Shown: positions 34,845-44,826, numbered from the stretch's first letter. The stretch: 64,000 bases of DNA from Acutalibacteraceae bacterium (GCA_045654545.1 JAZONO010000076.1:2683-66682), one strand, 5' to 3'. The notes: generated from the sequence alone by a model not told the origin. Numbers and translations: made by a program.

Positions 34845-36152
34845 TTACTCCTCTACGTCAAAACTTTCCAGTACCGACGTTGTCTTTTGCGGTTTCACGT
34901 CGCCGTGCTTCACCAGCGACATGGTGAGGAATGCCAAGGCGGAAAACACCACGGCATAGGGGAACAAAATCTTGTATCCCCACGGCAGGGTATCGATCAA
35001 CAGACCGGACAAAAGCGGCGTGACAATCTGTGCCGCCATCGAGAAGGTGTAGTAATATCCCGTGTATTTCCCCACGTCTGCACCGCTGCTCATTTCCACC
35101 ACCATGGGGAAGGAGTTGACGTTGATGGATGCCCAACCGATACCCACTAAAGCGAACAGAAGGTAGATAACGGGGGTGGGTTTGGTAATGAAGAAGGCGG
35201 CGGCATAACACACCGTCATCAACGCCACACCGAGCAACACCGCTTTTTTGCGCCCGATCGCGCTCGAAAGAAATCCAAGCGGCACAAAGGCGGCGATTGC
35301 GGCCACCGTGGCGATCAAGAGATAGTTCGAAGACATACTGAGATCCGCGCCCAGCACGTTCATGCAGTAACGGGAGAATGCGGTGGTGACCGCATTGTAG
35401 GCGGCATACCACAAGAACACCGACAACAGAATGAGGATCAAACTGACCATCACGGGACGGGGTAGTTTCTTACCTTTTTTGGTGTGTTCGAATTCCTCTT
35501 CGTCATCGCGGATGTTCGCTTCGGCTACCACACGGTTTTCCTTCACGGTGAACACCATCACCAGCACCGTCACAAGCATAAAAGCGGCAATCACAAAGAA
35601 GATGGGCATGAACGATTGGTCGTCCCGATAGACTTTTCCGCCGTCTGCCGCCGTTTCGCTCTTCAAAAGGAACATCATCATCACGGTGGCGAAAATGCCG
35701 CCGATGTATCCCACCAGGTTGATGATGGCATTCGCCTTACTGCGCAACGGCTTTTCGGTCACGTCGGGCATATATGCCACGGCAGGGGTGCGATAGGTGG
35801 CCATGGTCACGAGCAAGGCAATCAACGTCACGGTGAAGCCGAGGAAGTGCTTCATCTGCACAAAGAATGCCATAACCACCATCAAAGCCACCGCCAACAG
35901 CGTGCCAAACAGGATATACGGCGTGCGTTTGCCCAGTCGTGTACGGGTGCGGTCGGACAGCATGCCGAACAACGGCAACATAAAGATCGCCAGCACGTTG
36001 TCAATCGACATGATGGCGTTGGCCTCAAAGGTTTTCAAACCAAAGGTGTTTTCCAACAAAAAGGGGATAACTTGATCGTAGAACTGCCAAAATGCCAAAA
36101 TGGACATAAAGGCCAGACCAATCAGCACGGTGCGTTTATAATTCAGTTTCAT
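34845..36152 (-). CDS. MFS transporter (SLC45/GPH-like)
   Basis: 12 TM segments and the loop motif GMLSDRTRTRLGKRTPY. Confidence 0.8.
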   Translation of the reverse strand: MKLNYKRTVLIGLAFMSILAFWQFYDQVIPFLLENTFGLKTFEANAIMSIDNVLAIFMLPLFGMLSDRTRTRLGKRTPYILFGTLLAVALMVVMAFFVQMKHFLGFTVTLIALLVTMATYRTPAVAYMPDVTEKPLRSKANAIINLVGYIGGIFATVMMMFLLKSETAADGGKVYRDDQSFMPIFFVIAAFMLVTVLVMVFTVKENRVVAEANIRDDEEEFEHTKKGKKLPRPVMVSLILILLSVFLWYAAYNAVTTAFSRYCMNVLGADLSMSSNYLLIATVAAIAAFVPLGFLSSAIGRKKAVLLGVALMTVCYAAAFFITKPTPVIYLLFALVGIGWASINVNSFPMVVEMSSGADVGKYTGYYYTFSMAAQIVTPLLSGLLIDTLPWGYKILFPYAVVFSALAFLTMSLVKHGDVKPQKTTSVLESFDVEE

Positions 36153-36162
36153 ACAAACCCTC

Positions 36163-37986
36163 CTAATTGTTTTCGAGGTAGACTTTTAAGGCTTCTGCCG
36201 ATGTAATGGACATCCCCTTTACAGCCGCCAATTCCTCCACCGAAGCCGCACGAATGGCGCGCAACGAACCGAAATGGCGAAGCAGAGCACGGGCACGCGT
36301 TTCGCCAATGCCGTCCGCCCGCGTCAACACCGTGCCGATGCTGTTCTGTTTGCGCTTTTGGCGGTGATAGGAGATGGCAAAGCGGTGCACTTCTTCTTGG
36401 ATGGAAGAGAGCAGGGTAAAGGCGGTGCGCTTGGAACGGATGGCAATCTCGCCACCGTCGGCGGCGATGGCACGGGTGCGGTGGGAATCGTCCTTCACCA
36501 ACCCGTACACGGGAATCTGCAAACCAAAGCTATCCACCACCGGGCGGCAAACCGCCACGTGACCTGCGCCACCGTCCAGTAAGATTAGGTCCGGCTTTCT
36601 GCCGAAACCTACCCCTTCATCCTTGTGGACACTATATTCCGTAAGGCGGCGGTGCAACACCTCTTGCATCGCGGCATAGTCGTCGCCGCCCATCGCCTCT
36701 TTCACCGAAAAACGGCGATACGCCGATTTCAGCGGACGTCCGTTTTCAAACACCACCATACCGGCCACGGGATCTTGTCCCGCGGTGTGGGAAATGTCGT
36801 AACATTCGATGTATTGCGGCGGTTGGGGCAATCCCAACAGACGCGCCAATTCGTCCAACGCGGCGGTATCGCGCCCGGCCATCCCTGCCTGCTGTGCAAT
36901 GCGCTCGGCGGCGTTGTGACGGCACATCTCCACCAGTTGTGCTTGCTCACCCTTTTGTGGCAACACCAGCAACACACGGCGTTTGGCGAGACCGCTCAAC
37001 CACTCGCTCAACAAGTCGGTATCCTCGCACTCGCCGTCCAACGTGATCTGAGCCGGCGGCTTTCGCATGGTGTAATATTGCTTCAAAAACGCCGAACGGG
37101 CGGCGATGGCATCCTCAATCTCATCCAACAGAAAGTGCTCGCGGTCATACAAACTGCCGCCTGCAAAACGAAACACCTCAAAACAAGCGGCACCGCTGCC
37201 TTGCGCCAAGGCAATCACGTCTTGCTCTTTCACGTGGGACATCACCACTTTTTGCCGCTCATTCATCCGTTTAATAGCGGCGATGCGGTCGCGCAGTTTG
37301 GCGGCTTTCTCAAATTGCAGTTGTTCGGCCGCTTCCTGCATGGCACATTCCAGATCCTTCAAGGTATCGGCACTGCCTTTTTGCAAAAACTGCAGCGCTC
37401 CTTCCACACGTTCGGCATAGGCATCTTCCGTCACCTTGCCGGTGCAGGGCGCACAGCATTGCCCGATGTGATGGTTCAAACACGGACGGGGCTGTGCCTT
37501 TTTGCCGTATGCCAAGGGGAGTTTGCAGGTGGAAAGCCCATACACTTTACACGCCTCGTCCACCGCTTGGCGCACCGCATAGGAACTGACATACGGGCCG
37601 ATGTAACGCGCACCGTCATCCTCTTTTTGCAACACGGCGGCAATACGTGAAAACGGGGGCGGTGAGATACGGATATACGAGTATCCTTTATCGTCTTTCA
37701 GCAGAATGTTGTATTTCGGGGTGTACTGTTTGATCAAAGAACATTCCAATACCAACGCTTCAAATTCGCTGTCTGCCAAAATGTAATCGAAATCGTCCAC
37801 CAGACTGACCATGCGCCGCACTTTGGGAGGGTGGTTGGTGTCCGAGCCGAAATATTGGCTGACACGGTTTTTCAGCGCCTTGGCCTTGCCCACATAGATG
37901 ATGTGACCGCGTGCATCTTTCATCAGATACACACCGGGGCGCAAGGGGAGTGCCATGGCTTTTTTGCGCAACGCCGCTTTCTCCAC
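36163..37986 (-). CDS. uvrC: excinuclease ABC subunit C
   Basis: GIY-YIG (GVYLMKDARGHIIYVGKAKALKNRVSQYF), a UVR domain, an Endo V-like domain and a C-terminal HhH. 607 aa. Confidence 0.95.
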   Translation of the reverse strand: MEKAALRKKAMALPLRPGVYLMKDARGHIIYVGKAKALKNRVSQYFGSDTNHPPKVRRMVSLVDDFDYILADSEFEALVLECSLIKQYTPKYNILLKDDKGYSYIRISPPPFSRIAAVLQKEDDGARYIGPYVSSYAVRQAVDEACKVYGLSTCKLPLAYGKKAQPRPCLNHHIGQCCAPCTGKVTEDAYAERVEGALQFLQKGSADTLKDLECAMQEAAEQLQFEKAAKLRDRIAAIKRMNERQKVVMSHVKEQDVIALAQGSGAACFEVFRFAGGSLYDREHFLLDEIEDAIAARSAFLKQYYTMRKPPAQITLDGECEDTDLLSEWLSGLAKRRVLLVLPQKGEQAQLVEMCRHNAAERIAQQAGMAGRDTAALDELARLLGLPQPPQYIECYDISHTAGQDPVAGMVVFENGRPLKSAYRRFSVKEAMGGDDYAAMQEVLHRRLTEYSVHKDEGVGFGRKPDLILLDGGAGHVAVCRPVVDSFGLQIPVYGLVKDDSHRTRAIAADGGEIAIRSKRTAFTLLSSIQEEVHRFAISYHRQKRKQNSIGTVLTRADGIGETRARALLRHFGSLRAIRAASVEELAAVKGMSITSAEALKVYLENN

Positions 37987-38014
37987 GGCACATTCCTCCT
38001 TAGGGGATTACACA

Positions 38015-39457
38015 TTACGGAATCAAATCGTCAATAAATGCCATCAAGTTGCCGGAACGCGTGGCGGACATATTGTTGATAAAGATTACGTCGTCAATCT
38101 CGTTTTCAAGAACAAAATTGCAGAAATCGCCGTTGTAATAGCGGTAGTCCACTACGTAGACCGTTTCGTAATGCGATACCAAGAAGGGGACAAACGCATT
38201 GCCGAACGATTCTTTCACCACCACGCAGGAACTGCCGTCCGACAAGGAGGTGTTTTTGATCACGCTGAACGGGTTGTCACCGCCGATGAAGGCAGAGTAC
38301 AAACTGCTCTTTTTCCAACCCGACACATCTTTCACCACCGGCCAGTTGGTAGTGTTCCCACTGCGGTCGGTAAATTTCATGGTGGTGGGATATAACGGGA
38401 AATAGGCACGCAAAGTGTCGGGGTTGTTGCCGAGTGCCGGGGAATTGCCCGTCTTGCTGTACAGCGAGCCGAGATACCCTTCATAGTCACGGGAAGGGTA
38501 ATCGGACAAGGCAGGCACAGCCGTGCCTTTCACCGCGCCGAACGCCGCATAGGCGTAATACGCACCCGTTGCCGTCCAGTGGTGATCCGTGCGGAAATAG
38601 AGATATTCATCGCGGTGTTCGCGTAGGATGGAATAGGCATCCACCACGTTGACGGAAGGATCCAACGAGCCGTAGATGTAATCGATGGCTCTCTTTTGAT
38701 CGGCGGAGTGAATGTCCGCGCGTAAGTCGTCGTCCATCACGATATCCACCGCCAACGGAATCAGAATATCGTACACGTTGGCTTTGCCTTCAAATTTGGC
38801 GGCGGCACGGTTGATCGCTTTGATGTAGGTGTTGGCCGCCCGTTCGCTGAATCCATATACCCCATACCCGCCATTATTCGCCACCAGAATACCGCCCAAC
38901 GTTTGCGTGCCTGCAATTGAAGGAGGCGGCGTGTCGGGAACGGTGGTGGTCGTGGTGGTCGGTGCGGTCACACTCCCCGTTGTGGTAGTCGTTGTCGTTG
39001 CGGTCGTGCTGACCGTGGTTTGATATGGTGCCAGTGTGGCGAGTGTTGTTGTTCCCGTGGGGGTGGTCGTCACACGCGTGGGCGCATTGGGAATGGCATC
39101 GTCGTCAAATTGTGCACCGCCATCGGTATAGATCATGTTTTTGCGAATGCCGTACAGCGATTGGATCTTACCGTTGATCTGCACCATTTCCTCACGGTAG
39201 GGGAAGGTGTCCGAAAACCAGGTGTCGATGTCGGCAAAATAATCGCCGCTGAGCAACGCCTTCACCGAAAATGTGGGGAACGCGGCCAGTGTGCGCTTTT
39301 CACTTTCGGAATAGGTCGGGCGCAAAAACAAAAGGAACGAAACGACCGCAATTGCAAACAAGACAACGAAAAAGAGAACGATTTGAGGCAGAAAATACAA
39401 AGGCTTGTATCGCTTTTTTTGTGTTTCACACGAGGATTGTGCGTGTTTGGCTTTCAA
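38015..39457 (-). CDS. DHHW-family protein (AlgX/AlgJ/DltD-like SGNH partner of MBOAT)
   Basis: Literal motif YFRTDHHWT, an N-terminal TM helix and a Thr-rich linker. It lies immediately downstream of the MBOAT gene. Confidence 0.75.
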   Translation of the reverse strand: MKAKHAQSSCETQKKRYKPLYFLPQIVLFFVVLFAIAVVSFLLFLRPTYSESEKRTLAAFPTFSVKALLSGDYFADIDTWFSDTFPYREEMVQINGKIQSLYGIRKNMIYTDGGAQFDDDAIPNAPTRVTTTPTGTTTLATLAPYQTTVSTTATTTTTTTGSVTAPTTTTTTVPDTPPPSIAGTQTLGGILVANNGGYGVYGFSERAANTYIKAINRAAAKFEGKANVYDILIPLAVDIVMDDDLRADIHSADQKRAIDYIYGSLDPSVNVVDAYSILREHRDEYLYFRTDHHWTATGAYYAYAAFGAVKGTAVPALSDYPSRDYEGYLGSLYSKTGNSPALGNNPDTLRAYFPLYPTTMKFTDRSGNTTNWPVVKDVSGWKKSSLYSAFIGGDNPFSVIKNTSLSDGSSCVVVKESFGNAFVPFLVSHYETVYVVDYRYYNGDFCNFVLENEIDDVIFINNMSATRSGNLMAFIDDLIP

Positions 39458-39476
39458 AGGTCACGTCCTCCTTTCG

Positions 39477-40976
39477 TCAGAATTGGAAATACAAGAACGG
39501 GTTGTAACTGTCACCCACCAACGCAAAGGTGGAGAGCAACAACAGCAATACGGGTGCCGCGACCGTGACAATACCCAGCACAAAACGGGCACCGCCGTGT
39601 TCGGGGGCACGGCGCTTCAAAGCCGCGTTTGCAGCATGCACAAGCGGTGTGACCGCGATCAGCGCAATCGGTAGGAAAAAGGCATAGTTCAACCACGTGG
39701 TGTTCGCTTCAAACGAGGTGAGCGGATTGCCGTTTTGCCCAAACAGACCGCACACCGTCAGCCACACGAGCGACAGATCGCGGAAACGGAACAGGATCCA
39801 GCCGAAGAACACCACGACAATGGAATAAAGCCACGAAAACAGAGAGGGCAGACGGTCGAGCAACCGTTTCAAGAACAGTTTTTCCAGCATCAGGAACACG
39901 AAGTAGTACAGTCCCCATAAAACGAAGTTCCAACTGGCACCGTGCCACAGACCCGTCAATGCCCACACCACCAGCAGGTTGCGCACGGTGCGGAGCATGC
40001 CTTTTCGACTGCCGCCCAGCGGAATGTACACGTAGTCGCGGAAGAAGGTGCCCAGCGACATGTGCCACCGCCGCCAGAATTCGGTGACAGAGCGCGAGGT
40101 GTAAGGATAGTCAAAGTTTTCAAGATAATGGAATCCAATCATGCGCCCCATGCCGATCGCCATATCGGAATAGGCCGAGAAGTCCAAATAGATCTGCAAC
40201 ATATAGGCAAGTGCGCCGAGCCACAACAGCGACACGGGTTGCGTGGCAATGGTGGAGGCGGCCATCGCGATCTCGGTGGCGGTGGCAGACAATCCGTCGG
40301 CAGGAAGATACGTGTCCGCGATCACGGCGCAGACGTTGGCGAGCAACACCTTTTTGCCGAGCCCCACCGTGAACCGCGTAATGCCTTCGCTCACGTCGTG
40401 GGGGGATACACGGCGGTACAACAATTCTTCCGATACTTGGCTGTATCGCACGATCGGACCGGCAATGCACTGATGGAACAAACTGACATACAACAGCAGG
40501 CGGAAGAAACTGCGCTGTGCCGGCACGTCACCGCGGTAGACATCGACCACATAGGACAAAAGTTGGAAGGTATAAAACGAAATGCCGATGGGCAGAAGAA
40601 TCTGCGGCACGACGGAGGGGAAACCGGTGAGATTATGTAGGTTGATGAGGGTGAACGTGCCGTACTTAAACACGCCGAGCAAACCCAGATCCACCACGCA
40701 GGCGAGAATCAGCCAGAGTTTGCAACGGCGGTAACCGCTGTGTCGCTCAATCAACCGTGCAAACAGCCAATCGAAGAAGGTCATTGCCAACAGTAACAAG
40801 ACATAGACCGGTTCACCCCATGCATAAAACAGCAAGGAGAAAATCAGCAATACCGTATTTTTTAACCGTATACCGGGTGCCACCGTGTAAAACAGCATGC
40901 ACAACGGGAAAAACGCAAACAAAAAGAGCAAATTCGAAAAGACCAACGCGTCCACCTCGTATATATAAAATACCAA
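39477..40976 (-). CDS. MBOAT-family O-acyltransferase (AlgI/DltB-like)
   Basis: FWRRWHMSLGTFFRDYVYIPLGGSR contains the conserved MBOAT His. The protein is polytopic. Confidence 0.85.
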   Translation of the reverse strand: MVFYIYEVDALVFSNLLFLFAFFPLCMLFYTVAPGIRLKNTVLLIFSLLFYAWGEPVYVLLLLAMTFFDWLFARLIERHSGYRRCKLWLILACVVDLGLLGVFKYGTFTLINLHNLTGFPSVVPQILLPIGISFYTFQLLSYVVDVYRGDVPAQRSFFRLLLYVSLFHQCIAGPIVRYSQVSEELLYRRVSPHDVSEGITRFTVGLGKKVLLANVCAVIADTYLPADGLSATATEIAMAASTIATQPVSLLWLGALAYMLQIYLDFSAYSDMAIGMGRMIGFHYLENFDYPYTSRSVTEFWRRWHMSLGTFFRDYVYIPLGGSRKGMLRTVRNLLVVWALTGLWHGASWNFVLWGLYYFVFLMLEKLFLKRLLDRLPSLFSWLYSIVVVFFGWILFRFRDLSLVWLTVCGLFGQNGNPLTSFEANTTWLNYAFFLPIALIAVTPLVHAANAALKRRAPEHGGARFVLGIVTVAAPVLLLLLSTFALVGDSYNPFLYFQF

Positions 40977-41111
40977 TTATACATATTACCCTATTTTTCG
41001 ACAAGTTGCAACCCCAAAACACGAATTTTCGTAAATTTCCAATTTGGTGTTTTACTTGACACCCGTACACGGTTTTTGGTACAATATAGAAAACCAAAAA
41101 AGGAAATGAAT

Positions 41112-41741
41112 ATGAAACAAGTGAATGTGTTCGATCTGGATGGCACGCTGTTGGATTCCACCGATGTGTGGTATGCGATCGATATAGAGTTTTTGGGAAA
41201 ACGCGGACTTGCCATGACACAGGATTACGGCGAAGCCGTGTCGGTGATGCATCTGCAACAAGCCGCCGTGTATACCATTGAGCGGTTTTCTCTGAATGAG
41301 ACGGTGGATGCCGTGGCGGCGGAATGGGAAGAGATGGCGTATGATTTTTATGCCACGCGTGTCGAGGCAAAAGTCGGCGCACGCGCGTTTCTCACCCAAC
41401 TGCGTGAACGTGGTGAACGTGTGGTGCTGGCAACGGCATTGTCACGCAAGTTGGCAGAAGCGGCGTTGACACGGTTAGGTTTGTCTGACCTGTTTGAAAC
41501 GGTGATCTACGCCGATGAGATTGGTCTTTCAAAAACCTCGGCGGATTTCTACATGGCGGTCGCCGCATTGTTGGGAGTATCCACCGCCGCATGCGTGATG
41601 TTTGAGGATACGCTGGGCGGTGTGCGCTCTGCCAAAGAGGCAGGGATGTACACCATTGCTATTGAAGATCACGGCTCACGTGCCGTGCGCGACGAGATTC
41701 GTGCCATTGCGGACGAATATTGGACAACTTATAAAATCTGA
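41112..41741 (+). CDS. HAD-family hydrolase (beta-phosphoglucomutase-like subfamily IA)
   Basis: Motif I FDLDGTLLDS and motif IV-like MFEDTLGGVRSAKEAGM. An alternative ATG lies at 41106. Confidence 0.8.
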   Translation: MKQVNVFDLDGTLLDSTDVWYAIDIEFLGKRGLAMTQDYGEAVSVMHLQQAAVYTIERFSLNETVDAVAAEWEEMAYDFYATRVEAKVGARAFLTQLRERGERVVLATALSRKLAEAALTRLGLSDLFETVIYADEIGLSKTSADFYMAVAALLGVSTAACVMFEDTLGGVRSAKEAGMYTIAIEDHGSRAVRDEIRAIADEYWTTYKI

Positions 41742-41757
41742 AAAACGGAGAATACGG

Positions 41758-43125
41758 ATGAAAAAACGAGACTATTCCAAAATCACGCCGGAGATTCAGG
41801 CATTGGCGGATAAATGTGTAACCAACGGGAAAATTTCGCCCGAATTGCACGTGAAATATGCGGTCAACCGCGGTTTGCGCGACGTAAACGGCAAAGGCGT
41901 GCTCACGGGTTTGACCGAGATTTCCGAGATCGAATCCAAAAAGACGGAGGATGGGGAAGAGGTTCCCTGCGAAGGCAAACTGTTCTATCGCGGTTATGCC
42001 ATTGAAGATCTGGTGAACGGATTTGTGAATGATGGTCGTTTCGGCTTTGAAGAGATCACCTATCTTATTCTGTTCGGGGAATTGCCGAGCGACCAGGAAT
42101 ATGCGGATTTCCGTGCTCTCTTGGCGGATTACCGTTCGTTACCCAATTCCTTTGTGCGCGACTTCATTATGAAGGCGCCCAGCACGGATATGATGAATTC
42201 CCTCGCGCGCAGTGTGCTGGCCTTGTATGCATACGACAACAATCCCGACGACGTGTCGGTGGCAAACGTGTTGCGCCAATGCTTGCAGTTGATCGCGATG
42301 TTCCCGTTGCTTGCGGTATACGGCTATCAGGCATACGACTATTATCGCCGTGAGCGCAAAAGCTTTTTCATCCATGAACCGCGCCCGGAACTGTCCACGG
42401 CAGAGAACATTTTGCATATGTTGCGACTGGACAGCAAGTATACACCGTTGGAAGCGCAGATTTTGGATATGGCATTGGTGCTTCATGCCGAGCACGGCGG
42501 CGGCAACAACTCCACCTTCACCACCCACGTGGTGTCCTCGTCGGGTACCGACACCTATTCGGCGGTGGCGGCCTCGCTCGGTTCGTTGAAAGGACCGAAG
42601 CACGGCGGTGCGAACATCAAGGTGTGCGCTATGTTCAAAGACATCAAGAAGAACGTGCACGACTGGAAAAACCGCGACGAAATTAAGGATTACCTGCGCC
42701 GTATCCTCCGCAAAGAGGCGTTCGATAAGAGCGGTCTGATTTACGGTATGGGTCACGCGGTGTATTCGCTGTCCGATCCGCGTGCGTGCATTTTGAAGAG
42801 TTACGTGGAACGCTTGGCACAGGAAAAGCATTTGATGAAGGAATACGCTTTGTATGCGGCAGTGGAAGAACTGGCACCCGAAGTGATTGCCGAAGAACGC
42901 CGCATTTACAAAGGTGTCAGCGCCAACGTGGATTTTTACAGCGGATTTGTGTACGATATGCTGGGGTTGCCGCCCGAACTGTACACGCCGTTGTTTGCTA
43001 CTGCGCGTATCACGGGATGGAGTGCCCACCGCTTGGAAGAACTCACCAACGCAGGCAAAATCATTCGACCTGCGTACAAAGCCGTACAGCCGCGCCGTGA
43101 ATACAGCGCTATGGACAAACGGTGA
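41758..43125 (+). CDS. citrate synthase
   Basis: LVLHAEHGGGNNSTF, GSLKGPKHGGAN and GMGHAVY are citrate synthase family motifs. ATG 41758 follows AACGGAGAA. Confidence 0.85.
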   Translation: MKKRDYSKITPEIQALADKCVTNGKISPELHVKYAVNRGLRDVNGKGVLTGLTEISEIESKKTEDGEEVPCEGKLFYRGYAIEDLVNGFVNDGRFGFEEITYLILFGELPSDQEYADFRALLADYRSLPNSFVRDFIMKAPSTDMMNSLARSVLALYAYDNNPDDVSVANVLRQCLQLIAMFPLLAVYGYQAYDYYRRERKSFFIHEPRPELSTAENILHMLRLDSKYTPLEAQILDMALVLHAEHGGGNNSTFTTHVVSSSGTDTYSAVAASLGSLKGPKHGGANIKVCAMFKDIKKNVHDWKNRDEIKDYLRRILRKEAFDKSGLIYGMGHAVYSLSDPRACILKSYVERLAQEKHLMKEYALYAAVEELAPEVIAEERRIYKGVSANVDFYSGFVYDMLGLPPELYTPLFATARITGWSAHRLEELTNAGKIIRPAYKAVQPRREYSAMDKR

Positions 43126-43155
43126 AAAAAGTTCGATAAAAATTGAAAAAAGATA

Positions 43156-43184
43156 TTGACAAAACGCTCTTACCTCGTTATAAT
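43156..43184 (+). promoter_or_regulatory. consensus sigma-A promoter for the tRNA-Asp/tRNA-Thr pair
   Basis: TTGACA (43156..43161), a 17-nt spacer, then TATAAT (43179..43184). Confidence 0.75.
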
Positions 43185-43213
43185 GTTAAACGTTGCAGCT
43201 GAGCAACAAACGC

Positions 43214-43290
43214 GGCCCGGTAGTTCAGCTGGTTAGAACGCTAGCCTGTCACGCTAGAGGTCGACGGTTCGAGCCCGTTCCGGGTCGCCA
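43214..43290 (+). tRNA. tRNA-Asp (anticodon GTC), encoded CCA
   Basis: Acceptor GGCCCGG/CCGGGTC, D-stem GTTC/GAAC, anticodon stem CTAGC/GCTAG with loop CTGTCAC, T-loop TTCGAGC. Confidence 0.9.
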
Positions 43291-43293
43291 CAT

Positions 43294-43369
<76 letters not shown>

Positions 43370-43404
43370 AAAAACACTCGTTCAAAAGAACGAGTGTTTT
43401 TTTA
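43370..43404 (+). terminator. intrinsic terminator after tRNA-Thr
   Basis: Stem ACACTCGTTC/GAACGAGTGT with loop AAAA, followed by a T7 run. Confidence 0.85.
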
Positions 43405-43406
43405 TC

Positions 43407-43562
43407 CAAGCCGACAGGCTTGGTATATCATCAGCCCAAAGGGCTGTATATCATCGCCGAAGGCGTATATCATCACACCGAAGGTGTGTATTTTTGTCGG
43501 CTTGATGATATACAAGACTCCGTCTTAATAATATGAAATTCCTGCGGAATTGATGATATACA
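43407..43562 (+). repeat. array of conserved decamers alternating with variable mini-hairpins
   Basis: GTATATCATC occurs at 43423, 43446 and 43465. The inverse TGATGATATACA occurs at 43503 and 43551. Each is adjacent to a different 3-6-bp hairpin. A 9-bp inverted repeat CAAGCCGAC/GTCGGCTTG (43407..43415 and 43496..43504) brackets the direct copies. Confidence 0.8.
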
Positions 43563-43572
43563 ATGCTTCGTA

Positions 43573-43601
43573 TTGATTTTTCACCATCGGTATGCTATAA
43601 T
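43573..43601 (+). promoter_or_regulatory. sigma-A-type promoter for the ThrE-like gene pair
   Basis: TTGATT (43573..43578), a 17-nt spacer, then TATAAT (43596..43601) with an upstream TGC. Confidence 0.6.
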
Positions 43602-43621
43602 ACGCCCAAGGCGGTGATGAT

Positions 43622-44374
43622 ATGAGAAAACTATTATCTTGTGCGATGGATATCGGGGAGCAAATGCTCATTTCCGGTGCTGAAGTTCACAGAGTTGAAG
43701 AAAGTATTAGTCGCATTTGTCATGCTTTGGGGGCAGAACGGGTTGATGTCTTTATTATAACCAGCAGCATGGTTGTTACAATTCAAGCGGGTGATGGAGA
43801 AACATATACTCAGACCAGAAGAGTAGAAGCGAGTAATATTAATCTTGAACGCTTACATCATTTAAACCAACTGTCACGAGATATTTGTGAAAATTCTCTT
43901 TCGGAGCAAGAAATAAGAGAGAAATTTAATGCTGCTGTCAATTGCAAAAAATATCCGTTATGGTTAGAATTTGTTTCGTATGCGATGATTGCAGGAGTAT
44001 TTACTCTGTTTTTTGGTGGCGGTATTGTAGAAACGATCGTTTCTTTGATTATCGGAATGATTGTTAGAACCAGTATGTTCTTTTGTGAGAAGATAATTTC
44101 CAACAAAATCTTTGTTAAGTTTTTTTCGACAATAATCATCACACTTTTATCATTTATAACACTAAAATTTGGCTTAATATCGAATGTTGATAAAATAATC
44201 ATAGGTAATATAATGACGCTTATTCCCGGCATAGGGTTAACGAATGCCTTGCGCGATTTATTTGCAGGTGATAGTATAGCAGGACTTTTGCGATCCATTG
44301 AGGCTGTCCTGGCTGCTCTTGCAATTGCGGCAGGCTATTTCTTGGTTGTTATTTTAGGGGGATTTGTTCTATGA
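43622..44374 (+). CDS. threonine/serine exporter family protein (ThrE N-terminal, DUF1212-type)
   Basis: AMDIGEQMLISGAEVHRVEESISRI and a C-terminal TM bundle. AT-rich relative to the surrounding genes. Confidence 0.7.
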   Translation: MRKLLSCAMDIGEQMLISGAEVHRVEESISRICHALGAERVDVFIITSSMVVTIQAGDGETYTQTRRVEASNINLERLHHLNQLSRDICENSLSEQEIREKFNAAVNCKKYPLWLEFVSYAMIAGVFTLFFGGGIVETIVSLIIGMIVRTSMFFCEKIISNKIFVKFFSTIIITLLSFITLKFGLISNVDKIIIGNIMTLIPGIGLTNALRDLFAGDSIAGLLRSIEAVLAALAIAAGYFLVVILGGFVL

Positions 44375-44826
44375 CGGGGGTAGAGATTATTCAAATTTTT
44401 ATGGGCTCTCTGGGGTCGATGGGGTTTGGTATACTTTTTAACGTGCGTGGAATAAAACTTTTGATATCTTCTGTTGGCGGACTGCTGTCTTGGCTGCTGT
44501 TTGTTCTTTTTAGCAAATGTATAGCCGATGAGTCTGTAAATTACTTTGTGATTGCGTTGATCGTTTCCTTGTTTGCCGAAATGATGGCAAGAGTGTTTAA
44601 AACACCTGCTTCAACGTTTATTACTACGTCATTGATACCGTTAATTCCGGGCGGTTCGCTTTATTATACTATGGTGTATGCATTTCAACAGAGCTTTGAA
44701 GTTTTTTCACAAAAAGGGATTTATACGTTAAAGTTGGCGGCGGCCCTGGCATTGGGAGTTATTATATCTAACGCCCTAATGCGTATACTAAATAAAAACA
44801 AGATTTTTATAAAACTAAAACATTAA
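44371..44826 (+). CDS. threonine/serine exporter family protein (ThrE C-terminal, DUF3815-type)
   Basis: 151 aa with 4-5 TM segments. ATGA overlap with the preceding gene, the usual split ThrE pair arrangement. Confidence 0.65.
   Translation: MTGVEIIQIFMGSLGSMGFGILFNVRGIKLLISSVGGLLSWLLFVLFSKCIADESVNYFVIALIVSLFAEMMARVFKTPASTFITTSLIPLIPGGSLYYTMVYAFQQSFEVFSQKGIYTLKLAAALALGVIISNALMRILNKNKIFIKLKH

Noticed and set aside
43407-43562. Possible CRISPR array, given the regularly spaced short repeats.
   Set aside because: The repeat unit is only 10-12 nt and the intervening segments are 9-13 nt. There are only 3 direct plus 2 inverted copies, and no cas genes or leader. This is not CRISPR architecture.
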